Positions 1 to 13,521 of a DNA stretch of 64,000 nt are shown here, in pieces. The notes beneath the pieces are model-generated. The model was not told the DNA's origin. It did not search any database and saw only the letters and a list, made by a program, of their open reading frames with translations. Numbering within the stretch: position 1 is the stretch's first letter; the number at the start of each line of letters is the position of its first letter. A program made the translations under genes and the position numbers. Source of the stretch: Dimorphilus gyrociliatus (lineage: Eukaryota; Animalia; Annelida). The stretch spans positions 352,942 through 416,941 of the forward strand of contig CAJFCJ010000009.1 in the NCBI GenBank assembly GCA_904063045.1, given 5' to 3'.

Positions 1-2850
1 TTCAAGCTTTGAACCTCTGCTACCGTCAATTGAACATCGAATCGGCGTCCCAATATTTGCCTTATTTCTGTTGTCATCAAAGAGTCCAATCCCATATCTA
101 TTAGTGCAACGTCTTCGTCTATTGTCATATTATCTTCATCGATACCTAGATTTTATATAAATATAGAGTTTACAGTTGAAGAATTCAGACAATTTAAAGT
201 AAATAAATTATTACCGAGAACACTATAGATTGCCGAAATTGCTACGTGAACTCTATCTTCATTTTCGTCATTATTTGAGGAATTGCGTTGTTTAACTGGT
301 ACAATACTACTTAATATCTCCCAATTATTTAAAAGAATATTGTCCAATGTATTTAAATAAGATGCTACTCTTTGTACGCCAATTCCAGTCATGTACCACT
401 CGTTTCCCGAGAGATTGTTAACTATACAAAATTTTTCCGTCAGACATCATTACTGTTTTACTGAGGAAAACTATCATTGTAGATAACTAACTGTAGATAA
501 ATAGAACATAGCATATCTCACATTCATGTGAAAAAGTGCTCATAAAAAGAAATTATTGGCGGTAAACAGTGATATTTGCTTAATAGACCACTTTTCGCCT
601 ACATCATTTTATGATTTTATTCTTCTTAAAAGACAGCAGTACCATTTTTAATACATAACTGTATGATATTATTTTTATTCTTATTTATTTCACAAAAAAG
701 CATATTTTAATTTATCTATTGGTTTAAAATTTTTGGAAGGGATGATAAAAATTGTCCTGGAACAAATATAATACTCCTAAACACTTCAGGAACGATAAAA
801 AAAATTGTCTACAAATAAAAGCTCTTGTTGATGTTTCGTGAGGAAAGAGAAAGGATCGCCATCTGTATGTACTTCTCAAATACTGGAAGTACAATTTAAA
901 TAGTCGTTTGTTACTGTGCGAACAAACACTTCTCTAAGTATTTTAACTAGTTCTTTTCATACTTTTTCACATCCAAAATAAATCTCGTAAAATTGATGAC
1001 AAGCAGTTAACATTTCTATCGCAGATTGTTATCAACTGTTTAAAAGTATAGTACAATTAATTCATATTTCAAACAATTATGTTTTCATTAGTATATTACA
1101 TAAAGAAAAGTTTTGTAATTAAAAGCGTCAAGTATATTGTTACTTATCATAGAATTAATTTAAAATTTCATTTGGGTGTATAACTTCTTTTCTCAATAAA
1201 CATTCCAATTGTATTTTTTGCATTTTTGATATTCTTAACAATCAATTGGTGAATAAAATGTATTATACTTTTTGAAATACTCGCCTATTTGCATTCGTCA
1301 TCTTATGTTACAATGACAGTACAGGCATCGAGTTGTCTCTGTTTTCATTAGCATTATATCTCCTTAACAACCTAAAACAACTGAGTAAACACAAATTAAA
1401 ACTATACTTCTACAGCCTTTATAAATTCATATTTCATTCATAATTGTCTTATTCAAACGTATTTTATCAAAATTAAAAATATTAAATATAGAATTAAAGG
1501 TTAAGTTTATTTTCAAAAAAACAAAACTACTATCATGAAAGGATTGAATGGTATAACATTTATGATACTATATGTGTGGTTTTCTGCTGATGATGCTTTT
1601 TGATTATCCCATTCTTCTTCCGGAAATGCGGTGCTAATCCACTTACTACTCCTCTTTTTTGGTTCTTTAATGACTCTTTGAAGTTTTTCAGTAAACTGAG
1701 GTGAACAAACCATTAGTTCCGGAGAGTGGAAAGCGACACCCGAACTATCAACAATTCTAACAAAGTAGCCCTCATTCTTGAGTTGGTCAGCAAACTCCTT
1801 GACACACTCGAAAGGTCCGCTTACCGTTTGTGTTTCTTCAGAATTATTGCAAGCCGGTACAACGTTTGGTGGACACTTATTCATAGCGTCTTCCCAAGTT
1901 AAACCTACGGCTGCCATTGCTCCCGGCCGAAGGTTTGCATCCTTAATACACTTACCTCTCCAATAGGCGCATAACACAGTTTGTTCTGCAGTCAGTGTCT
2001 TATCTGCATAGGCACAACCCAACTCTCCTACCGAATGACCGATTATCCCATCAGCTTCGATCCCAAACTCTTCTAATAAATCAGTGAGCGCAATTTGTAT
2101 GGAAGTTATACAAATAAAAGTGTTGAGAGGATTTTTAAAATCATCCTCTGTGCCCTTTTCAAGTAGACGCTTCAAATCCATTCCGACGTTCATCAATGCT
2201 TTTGAACACGTTTCTATTGAATTGCGAAAGCAATCAAACGTCATCATATCTCTTCCCATGCCAACCCATTGACAACCCATTCCCGGATAGACATAATAAA
2301 TTGGTCTTTTTGTATCGGGTTCAGTGAACTTCTGTTGAATTGGATGTCATAGAGTAAAGTGTTACATTAAGATTTTGGCGGTTGGATGAATAAAATGACT
2401 TACTTGAATTCCTTTCAGAGTTGAAGGCGTATTTAACGTAATAAAACCTCTGAATGGCAAAAGATTACTGGATTCTTTCCTTTGATTGTAACATAAAAAT
2501 TGTAAACCTAAATTGTTTGTATTATTTTCAAAAAGATTCAATAGATTTTCGACCCCTTCTTTGGTTCTAGCACAAACCAAACCCACTGTAGGCCTATCTG
2601 ATAAATTGTCTATTACGCCTTCTGTTGCGTCAAAGTTGAGAATTGAATGAACGTTCGCACCGCCAAAGCCAAAAGAGTTTATGCCAACAATTCCCCCTTC
2701 CCATGGTGTTAGTCGGTCAACAACCTTAATTCTTTCACTAATCAGTGATTCAATATTTCGATTTGGCTGTTTATAATTGAGGTTCCCAGGTAGTAAACGG
2801 TGGTCGCGAGGAAGTAATAATTCTGTTTTAATTACTTCAACCAAGTGATA
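1..2850 (-). pseudogene. Deleted, decayed tandem copy of the FAS-like synthase (runs off the window start)
   Basis: 1-422 matches 4128-4549 (KR end, intron, ACP exon). 1600-2802 matches 8931-10133 (KS C-terminus, intron, AT) with only one substitution found by eye (1995 G vs 9326 A, synonymous). ~535-1470 is a frameshifted, diverged copy of ~6530-7690 (pseudo-MT), including an intron. DH, ER, most of KR and the KS N-terminus are missing. Confidence 0.85.
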
Positions 2851-3431
2851 CAAATTAAACTAATGATTAAAAAATGTAAGAATTTAATACCTGAACTACT
2901 TTTAGGCAAAAGAAAATTTTGTCGATTACGTAAGGAGAAATACTACTAATGAAATTCTTTCTGTAAGCATTTGATGCCTTTTAAATGTAACGAGGAAAGG
3001 ATTGCAAAACTCTTAAAAGTGTCAGAAACAGTGTTTGAGACAAATACAATTTCTATGCGACTAACGTTTGATAGAGATAGTGGTGACTTAGTGAAATTTG
3101 AATATGTAGGAAACTTAGATAACAAACATGGAAAAAAGAAAGATTTAAAGAGACAGAAATATGTATAATTTGTTACTGAAAATGCTACACGAGTTCTTAG
3201 TCTCTTAGTCTTCATATAGATAGCCTTCAGATAAAATTTTTTAGATATTTGATCTATCATTGACAAAAGAGCAGTTAATGAATTTGTAGGGTATCTCGTT
3301 TCACATACAAAGTCCTCTTATAACAGAGTTTTTAATTTTAATATAGGTATTTCTCTAATTGAATTCACAAATCTTTCTTCTTTCTTTTTCAAAAGAATGA
3401 TAATATCTTTTTCAACTTTATTGTACTAAAA

Positions 3432-3582
3432 CCGATCTACTCTTGCTACTGTTCACAAACAGAATTATCAAATATTTGCTATGGCAATATCTCAAGTCTT
3501 TTAGAAATGTGAACCTCGTTGACTTTTACATTTGTTTGCTATATATATATATATCTAATTTGTGTTGGAATGATGGAACTTG
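3432..3582. repeat. Diverged copy of the FAS-like gene 5' flank (pairs with 11888-12032)
   Basis: ccgatctactcttgctactgtt...aaatatttgctatg...tgacttttacatttgtttgc at 3432 vs ccgatctacgcttgctactgtt...aaatatttgctatg...tgacttcagcatttgtttgc at 11888. Confidence 0.8.
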
Positions 3583-4090
3583 TCAAAAGACACATTTATA
3601 ATATAATTAATCATTAAATGTCTATGCGATAGGAATTTTTGATAACCTATTATTTTCAGTTTCAATCAGAACGTAAGAAGTAGATCAAGCTTTTACGTCA
3701 TATCATTCACGTTTATAAAAAGATGTTGACATAGTTTATGTTGTACTTGCTAGTTGTTTTTTAAAACTATTATCGGCCTCCAGGCTCAAGTAAAAGAAAT
3801 GTTTTATTTAATAGCTACTACCTAAAAATAACACTATTTTCCATAAAACCTATAGAATTTCAATGTATTATGGCTGATTTCAGAAAGTACTAAAATGGTT
3901 TGCATAAAATTTTGAGTCACACGCAAATCATTGATGACATAAATACTATTGTTATAGTTTATTATTGTTTTCTACTCGAAGGTAAAACAAGCGTCACTTA
4001 GTCATTAGTTCATTTCTCTTATCAAAATTACCATCAAAGTTTAGTCCATTTGTTAATAATTAATAATTTTGTAATTGATTTTGTTAACTT

Positions 4091-7000
4091 TCACTTTTTT
4101 GATAAAAGTTGTGTTATTTTCTTTATATTCAAGCTTTGAACCTCTGCTACCGTCAATTGAACATCGAATCGGCGTCCCAATATTTGCCTTATTTCTGTTG
4201 TCATCAAAGAGTCCAATCCCATATCTATTAGTGCAACGTCTTCGTCTATTGTCATATTATCTTCATCGATACCTAGATTTTATATAAATATAGAGTTTAC
4301 AGTTGAAGAATTCAGACAATTTAAAGTAAATAAATTATTACCGAGAACACTATAGATTGCCGAAATTGCTACGTGAACTCTATCTTCATTTTCGTCATTA
4401 TTTGAGGAATTGCGTTGTTTAACTGGTACAATACTACTTAATATCTCCCAATTATTTAAAAGAATATTGTCCAATGTATTTAAATAAGATGCTACTCTTT
4501 GTACGCCAATTCCAGTCATGTACCACTCGTTTCCCGAGAGATTGTTAACAACTATACCAACGTCTCCCATAAAGCCCCATTGTATTCCTACAGCAGGAAA
4601 ACCATCTTTTCTCCTCTTCTCACAGATACGTTCCATGAATGAATTTGCGTATGCATAATTCGTTTGTCCTGCATTACCATATCCACTTGCTGCAGATGAA
4701 AAAACAACAAACCAATCTAGCGAATTTCGGCATTCTGCTCTTGATAGCGTGTCCAAATTTAAGGTTCCTTTAATCTTTGTCTCTGCAACTGCTTTAAACG
4801 ATTCTGCACTCTGACCACTAAAGATACCATCTCTAAGAACGGCTGCCAAATGAAAAATGCCACCAATCGGTCCAAGAGACTTTGCTTGTTGAAAGATAAC
4901 TTTCGATTCGTCTAATGAAGCAATGTTTTCCTTTAAGATAATGATATTACATCCATTTTTCTGCCAGTGTTTTACTAGCTTGGCTTGATATCCATTCTTT
5001 ATACCTGATCTTGATGTGAGTATTATACGAGTGGCTCCTCTTTGAATAAGAAATCCAGCCAGCTCTAGACCTAAACCACCCAATCCGCCAGTTATTATAT
5101 ATGATTTGTTTGGGTTACAATAAGTCTTTTTGTACCCTTGCACTAGAACACTTTCTGGTGGAAAATTTTTGTCTTTCATGCAGAGTCTTTGAAATATTGA
5201 GTATTTAGATTCAGTTCTTAGCTGACAAAAAATGAAAAAATGTAAACAAAATATCTTAAATTAATATTTATCTTTTTTAAACCTTTATTAATATTTTTCC
5301 AATATGTTTTCCTTCAGCCATGAATCTAAAGGCCTCTTCTAACTTATTCTTTGAGAATACATAAGTGGGAAGTGGTTTAACAATATTAGTCTCTAATCCT
5401 GTCTTTACAAGTTGCCAAACTTCTTGCCAAATGCTATAATCTTCGAATAGGTTCTCCAAAACTATACCGTGAAACGATATATTCTTTAGAAATGCCGACA
5501 TTCCCAGTTTATGATTCTGAGAAAGATCAAATTTTCCAATCTCCAGAAATCTACCATTTTTTGCTAAAATGTCAATTCCTGCTTGTAATTTTTCTTCACT
5601 TAATGAATTGAGCAGGATATCGACCCCTTTTCCATTTGTTTCTTGTAATATGTCATCAACAAACTGTGTAGTTCTAGAATGGGAAATTCTCTCTCTAGGT
5701 ATCTTGAAATTATCCATTAAAAACTGAAGTTTTTCTTCCGTACCAACAGTTGTATATATTATAGAATTGAACGATTTAGCAATTTGAATAGCGGCTTGAC
5801 CAACAGCACTGCATTATATAATATAAATTAGTTGAAAATGATTGAATTTAAAAGAAAACCTCGTCGCCGATTGAATCAGGATTTTTTCGCCAAACTTAAT
5901 TCTTGCTCTAACAACTAGTGCGTAATATGCAGTAGCATAAGCAACTGGAATTGTTGCTGCATCCTTTAAATTCCAATTATCGGGTACTTGCCATGAATAT
6001 CGCTTATCAATCTGAATGTTCGTTGCTAAACCTCCAAAATCAATAAGACCAATTACCCTTTTACCCGATTCATCAATTCCAGAATATTCAATACCGAGAA
6101 ATTGGTCATCATCTTGTTGCGCACCTGGAATTGCGTCTAAACTTAGGCGACCGGTCGCTAACATAACGTCTCGGAAATTTAGTGAAGCGTAGTGAGTATA
6201 AACCATCTTTTTTTCAGGACATTGATGAGGTCGTGGTTTAGATTGAACCCATTGTAAAGTTGATAAATCCCCCCGAAGAAATGCAGTTGCATAGGCATTT
6301 TCAAGATCAGTACAAGAAGTGACTGTATAATGAAAAAAGAGAATTGTATATAAAGGAATTGAACTTGAATGTCTGACGAACCATCTTCAATGTGAAAGTG
6401 ACAAAAACAACCCAAAGTTCCATTACGAAAGATATTAAAGACCAAATCTTTCGCTAATAATTCAGTAAACTTATCACCACCAGGTAGGTAACACTCAGGA
6501 ATTAATTCGTCTTCAAGGTTTGCGTTGAATAAGCACCTATAATAAGAAAACGTTGTCGGTAAACATTGATATTTGCTTAATAGATCACTTTTCAACTACC
6601 TCACTTTATCACCATCTGGTTCCTGTCTAAGGCTATTCAAAAAACCCACAATACCATTTCTATTATCTTTATCGGCTATTAACCATACTCTAGTATTCTT
6701 ATCTTTATTTGTTTCCTCCATAGCGGATTTTAACTTGTCCACCCACTCAAATTGTTCATAATCATTGCATGGTATGATAATTGGTCTTGGTACATAGGGA
6801 AGTTTTTTTTTACAAACCATAAATGAAGAAAAGATATTATCATATCTTTCGATAATTATTTTCCATCCGGCAGATTCCAATTTACTTATTATTTCACTAT
6901 AGTTTAAGCTTTTAAACGATTTACCATTAGTTGGTATTGATAAGATACTTTTTAAATTATTTAAAATGGAATGTTTGGTTGTTGTTTCGTGAAGGAAAAG

Positions 7001-10000
7001 AAATCCGTCGTCTTTAAGTACTTCCCAAATAGCTTTCAAGTCATAATTGCAAGTTAAATAGTCCTTTACTAGAACAATATCTAAACTCTTAGGATCTTTT
7101 GACCATCCGACTTGCGCAAAACTATTTTTAGAAGTTTCATCGGCTTTTTCGCATCCAGAATAAATCTCCTCAAATTGATGAGTAGCATACTGCTTCAGAG
7201 TGTTCTTAATCCTTTGAATAAATGTCCAGTTAAACGGTGATTCAGTAATATAATATAATAATCTTAATCTGTTAGTAGGCTTGTTAAGAAATATTACGTC
7301 CAAAGCCGCTTTAAATTGTCTTTCTCCCATAAGATTGTTTATTAGTTTGTCATCTGATAAGCTTTTAATTAAAGTATCTCTTGAGGGTATAGCTTTTTTA
7401 TCAATAAACAATCGAATTGTTTGTTTCAAAGTTTCAATATTCTCTTCTTTAGAAATCGATTGTCGGCGATAATGTATATTTATTGTCGACATTTTCCTCT
7501 TTGATTTACTCTCTTGTTTGTATTCATAATCTTGTGTCACGTTCCTGCCATTATCTCTATTTGCATTAGTACTATATCCTTCTAACATACTAATACAACT
7601 ATTTAAATAAAATAGAAGTTGAGAATGTACTTCAACAGTCTTCTTAAATTCAACAAATTCATATTTCTGTAATACATTTTGCTGGTTATCGAACTTTCTT
7701 GGAGAGACATTTAGCTGCAAACCAATTAATCGTACTCCTCCGGCAATGCAGGTGTTTGTTAATGGATCAAAAGTAAAGTTGATTTCTATTATTGAAAATA
7801 TTTAAAAATATCAATAAAAAAGAGACTATTTGATAATATTTTATATCTTACCTTCATTATTGATGAAAGCTAAATTATCAGTGTTTATAACCAGTCGTCG
7901 TATTCTTGTTGGTAGTTTTAGTGAGCGATTAACAGAGCTTAAAGCATGTACTTGTAACATTGAATCGAGAAATGTTATCCAACTATTTTGCCATAATATC
8001 TTTCCCGTATATCCGTTTAAGGTTGATGATGTAACTAATTGAAAATTTGGACCGTAGTCGTAACCTCTCACACGTAATTCTTTATAAATATCTTCTTTAG
8101 TTAGTTGAAATTTCTCGTCATCATCTGATAATTGTAAATTATTTCCTTCTCTACGAAAACTTGCTTTTGGTGCATGATATTTATCTATTTGTCCATTTAC
8201 AACTAAACTTTCACTTTCATTTATCTCAAACACTCCACTACTGGCAGATATTCGAACGTGAAATTCTAAATCGCCTTCCTCTGGTATTAAAACAGCGTGA
8301 TGAAGGTGAAAGTCCCTAATAACGATAGACAACGACTCCTTGTCCACTCCGATCAAACCTGCATATCTTTTCCACAAAATGTCAACATAACCAGTTGCTG
8401 GAAATAGGAGTCGACCGTCTATTTTATGATCTTTTAAGGGTTCCAATTCTTCGGCACTTAAAATTACAATTTCACCGCTATTCTTAACTGAATTTCCTCC
8501 TCTTAAATCAGTTTTAAGAAGAGGCCACTCAATTTCATGATTCCATTGGATACATGGAGATATTAATGGTGTTCCTTGACCAATAGGAAGTCTTACCTTT
8601 GGCTGTAATTTCATTGTATCAACGTTCTTTCCAATGTTATGTAATCTAATAAACATCGAAGGATAATTAATGTAAGATATTCCTCTGAAATGAAACTTAC
8701 AATCCTAGATTTTTCATAAAAAATCCCAAGTTATCTTTATCGTTCTTCTTCATTAAGCTAGTAAGATAAGCACTTGGTCCTAAGGCTCTCTTAATAACTG
8801 ATTGCAGTAGACCATGTGGACCAATTTCAATAATTATAGAATCATTCGGTATCATTTTCAAGGCAGCATTAAATAAAACAGGATGTGTGAAATTATGTGT
8901 ATGATATTCTGCTGACGAATAGCATGCCTCTTGATTATCCCATTCTTCTTCCGGAAATGCGGTGCTAATCCACTTACTACTCCTCTTTTTTGGTTCTTTA
9001 ATGACTCTTTGAAGTTTTTCAGTAAACTGAGGTGAACAAACCATTAGTTCCGGAGAGTGGAAAGCGACACCCGAACTATCAACAATTCTAACAAAGTAGC
9101 CCTCATTCTTGAGTTGGTCAGCAAACTCCTTGACACACTCGAAAGGTCCGCTTACCGTTTGTGTTTCTTCAGAATTATTGCAAGCCGGTACAACGTTTGG
9201 TGGACACTTATTCATAGCGTCTTCCCAAGTTAAACCTACGGCTGCCATTGCTCCCGGCCGAAGGTTTGCATCCTTAATACACTTACCTCTCCAATAGGCG
9301 CATAACACAGTTTGTTCTGCAGTCAATGTCTTATCTGCATAGGCACAACCCAACTCTCCTACCGAATGACCGATTATCCCATCAGCTTCGATCCCAAACT
9401 CTTCTAATAAATCAGTGAGCGCAATTTGTATGGAAGTTATACAAATAAAAGTGTTGAGAGGATTTTTAAAATCATCCTCTGTGCCCTTTTCAAGTAGACG
9501 CTTCAAATCCATTCCGACGTTCATCAATGCTTTTGAACACGTTTCTATTGAATTGCGAAAGCAATCAAACGTCATCATATCTCTTCCCATGCCAACCCAT
9601 TGACAACCCATTCCCGGATAGACATAATAAATTGGTCTTTTTGTATCGGGTTCAGTGAACTTCTGTTGAATTGGATGTCATAGAGTAAAGTGTTACATTA
9701 AGATTTTGGCGGTTGGATGAATAAAATGACTTACTTGAATTCCTTTCAGAGTTGAAGGCGTATTTAACGTAATAAAACCTCTGAATGGCAAAAGATTACT
9801 GGATTCTTTCCTTTGATTGTAACATAAAAATTGTAAACCTAAATTGTTTGTATTATTTTCAAAAAGATTCAATAGATTTTCGACCCCTTCTTTGGTTCTA
9901 GCACAAACCAAACCCACTGTAGGCCTATCTGATAAATTGTCTATTACGCCTTCTGTTGCGTCAAAGTTGAGAATTGAATGAACGTTCGCACCGCCAAAGC

Positions 10001-11357
10001 CAAAAGAGTTTATGCCAACAATTCCCCCTTCCCATGGTGTTAGTCGGTCAACAACCTTAATTCTTTCACTAATCAGTGATTCAATATTTCGATTTGGCTG
10101 TTTATAATTGAGGTTCCCAGGTAGTAAACGGTGTTCATGCGCTAATATTAGTTTAACTAAACTCGCTAGTCCAGCCGCTGGCTCACAGTGTCCCATATTA
10201 CTTTTGACAGATCCAACCAATAAAGGACTTTCCCTTTTATCACAGAATACTTTATCCAAAGCCTTTAACTCTTGGGGATCGCCAGCTTGTGTACCTGTTC
10301 CATGTGCTTCAATATAAGAAACTTTCAACGGGTCGATGTTAGCTTGACGGTAGACATCTCTTAATAAATTTGATTGAACATTTCCAGAGGGAAAAGTAAT
10401 TCCTAAGATATTGTTATTTAGTAGTTAATTGTTTCTTTAATTTGTTTATCTTTCTAACCTAATTCTTTTTGACCGTCGCAGTTATCAAGAGAACCAAGAA
10501 CAGAAGAATAGATACGTCGTGCATCTTTATAATTCTGTAGGAAAAGCGCAATGATCCCTTCACTTCTTACGTAACCATTTGCTACAATTGTTTTAAAGGT
10601 TGTATTTATTATATAAAATAAAATCTAAACATAAATAGAAACCTGAATCGTCGAATGATTTACATCTACCGTCTGGCGAAAGCATGTGAAGTTTGTTAAA
10701 TTGAACACTACTTTCGGGTCTTAAAAGAAGATGCGATCCAGCTACAATTGCATTTTCGCAAGATCCATCAAGTAGAGCATGGTATGCCAGATTAAGTGCT
10801 TCTAAACTCGAACTGCAAGCTGTGTCCACAGCTAAACTTGGACCTTGGAAGTTAAAAGAATAGGAAATTCTATTTGCCATCATTGTTCTTGCATTTCCAG
10901 TCATTTCATATCCATTTATGCTGGTAGCATCAGTTGTTATGTTGTGGTGATTGTCTGAATGTATACATCCAACATATACTGCTGTTTTTGTTCCACTCAT
11001 TTCATTTATTGTAAAACCAGAGTCCATGATAGCTTCGTACACTACTTCTAAAAGCAGTCTTAATTGAGGATCCATAGCGGTTGCTTGTTTTGCATGTATA
11101 TTGAAAAATGAAGCATCAAAATGAGTTATATCTTTTAGTTTTCCATTGCTTAGTGGCAAATCATAAATACCTTTTGTTAGGAAAATAGAAAATAGAAGCA
11201 TTACATTCAAGTCAATATATTAAAATTTACCAAGAGGCCATCTTCTCTCGTCCTCAGTTACCATATCAACGCCATCCTGAAGATTTCTCCAAAATTCATT
11301 AACATTTGAACTTTCTGGTAACCGTCCTGAAAAACCAGTTATGGCTATTCTTTTCAT
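4091..11357 (-). CDS. Type I fatty-acid-synthase-like megasynthase / animal FAS-like PKS: KS-AT-DH-pseudoMT-ER-KR-ACP, no thioesterase (~2197 aa, 12 exons)
   Basis: Exons (GT-AG, frame-consistent, 6594 nt in total): 11357-11231, 11170-10643, 10581-10459, 10402-9735, 9662-8701, 8645-7852, 7785-6600, 6536-6382, 6322-5860, 5808-5283, 5221-4342, 4272-4091. Motifs: KS DTACSSS, HGTGT, KSNMGH; AT GHSVG, VAFH; [18 protein letters not shown]; [18 protein letters not shown]; ACP MGLDSL followed by TGA at 4093-4091. Confidence 0.95.
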
Positions 11358-11887
11358 TTCTGTTGAATAAGTGATATTGAAAATGTGGAAAAATATATTT
11401 TGTACACTCAAATTACCAGATATATCCAGCAAAGCACGTATACGTAAAGCCTTGTTTAGAAAACGGGAAGATCTAAGAGACTGAGCAATTATCAGGAATT
11501 TTCAAGGTTTTTTTATTTTTACTAGAAAGTAAATAGGCAATGGATTTTAAATTTAATGATTCAACAGCAAATCTTAATTAGATGTATATATATTTTATTA
11601 AAAGATTAAAAGTTTGCCTCTTCTGAGAAAGTTTTCGACCGTTGTAAACGTTACGATGTCGCTCCTGAAAGTAAGTTTTTTTACACTATTTCAAATATAG
11701 TTAACAAAAGATCAACTCTTTGACTACATAGGATATATTTGCATACACCTAAACAATCTGCTTGAAATAAACTTTGAAAAAATTCCTTACTCTAATTATA
11801 ATCCTTAAAATATTCTAATTTTGTCTTTAAAGTAGAACTAGAAGAAAACAAGTACAGAATAATATCTTTCTTAAGTTTCTAGTATAC

Positions 11888-12032
11888 CCGATCTACGCTT
11901 GCTACTGTTAACTAGGACAATTACCAAATATTTGCTATGACAATAATCCAAGCTTTTCAGAAATATAAACTTCATTGACTTCAGCATTTGTTTGCCGAAA
12001 ATATCTAATTAGTGTTGATACGAGAGAACTTG
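11888..12032. repeat. FAS-like gene 5' flank segment duplicated at 3432-3582
   Basis: Direct diverged repeat with an offset of about 8456 nt. Confidence 0.8.
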
Positions 12033-13459
12033 CTATAGTATACATGGATAATATAACCTATTCTTTGTATATAAACTCCTTTTGATAAAGTAATGTATGT
12101 ACATATAACAGGCATATATTGAATACACATCGCATATAAATACGTATCATTCATTCATTAATTTAACAAATTCAAATATGTACTTCATGATAAAATATTC
12201 ATAAATATGATAAATAAAATGAAATAAACATAAAATTGAATCTGCTCTTTTTATTTACTTAATACATACTCAATCACATTGCTATTTAGTTCTATTGTAT
12301 GATTTTGAAATGTCTGCCTTCAACGTTATTGTTTGAATTTGATCAAAAACTGTATATACTGTATGAATTTAAAAGCAACAATTTTCTTTTAAAAATTACC
12401 CTTCCCTAAATCTTTTCTGTATAGGAATTTTTCTTGTCTAGTTAGTTGCATTTTTCACACATTTCTCTGTATTTAATAGGAATATAAGTGGCCTTAGTCA
12501 ACTCTTTCAAAGTAAACTGAATATGCTTTTTAACAAATAAATACTATGTCTTTAATTATACAATAATATTTGAAAGTATTTTTGTTTATGTAATTGACCG
12601 GCAAATACTGAATTTACAATATTATTTCTAAGAAATATTTATCAGTTCATTTTATAGGTCATCATATTTGAACTCTTTATAAATATATATTTTAAAAACC
12701 GCCTAGTTTGATACCAAAAAAGTGAAAACTTCGTAGCTACGTAATCTTTAATATTTTCTTTTTTCTTCAAGGAAACCCCTATCGTTCTTAGAACTTTACA
12801 TAACTTTACGTTATTGGTAATTAAATCTATTGAATTTTTAAATTGTTATTAATATACAGCATATCAAATGTAGAACAAATATTGAACTACATATTTGTAT
12901 ACAGTCTATCTCTTTAAGTCTATCAATATGAACCACGTGCATTTCTACGAATATGTCAAGAAAAGAAATACGCTGAAAGAATTAGCTGCTTGTATTAACG
13001 AACTGTTGTGAAGACTATTCTTCTTCTGAGTGTTTGCTTATACTACTTTAATATCTAAAAGTTTCTTTCTCTCTTCAAGCAGGAGATTATGAGATCTCAC
13101 ACCTTTTTCTATTCTAATGCTTAGAAAAAAAGTTCAACCACAGTCTAGTATTCTATACAATTATTACATAATACAATTTCATTCAAATTTGCCTCGGTAT
13201 AAAATATAAAATATATACTCTGATTATTCGATAAGAAATATAAAAGAGTTTTAATTAGGATATATACAGAATCATAGCAAATCAGTCATTTCGTATTTAA
13301 TGTTCTACTTAATGCCCTCCCAACAAACAAAGAAAGTTGGGTAAAAAACGAAAATATCAGCACTTGGACAAACAAAATTGTATCCTAAATATAAAACCCT
13401 TCTTCCCTATTTTCATATCATCTTCTTTATACTATGTTTAAAGTGCAATAGAAATACAG

Positions 13460-13521
13460 TATATATATATATATATATATAATATTTCAATACTTGTATA
13501 TATATATATATATATATATAT
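13460..13521. repeat. (TA)n microsatellites
   Basis: Two TA runs at 13460-13481 and 13497-13521. Confidence 0.9.

Noticed and set aside
2946-3266. 106-aa minus-strand ORF as a possible downstream (TE) exon of the synthase
   Set aside because: No GxSxG or alpha/beta-hydrolase pattern, it lies after the ACP stop and a poly(A) signal, and it has AT-rich random-like composition.
1778-10317. Plus-strand ORFs 1778-1966, 2084-2272, 4075-4287, 6573-6761, 7281-7472, 9109-9297, 9415-9603, 10108-10317
   Set aside because: Antisense shadows of the synthase exons, with no independent protein features.
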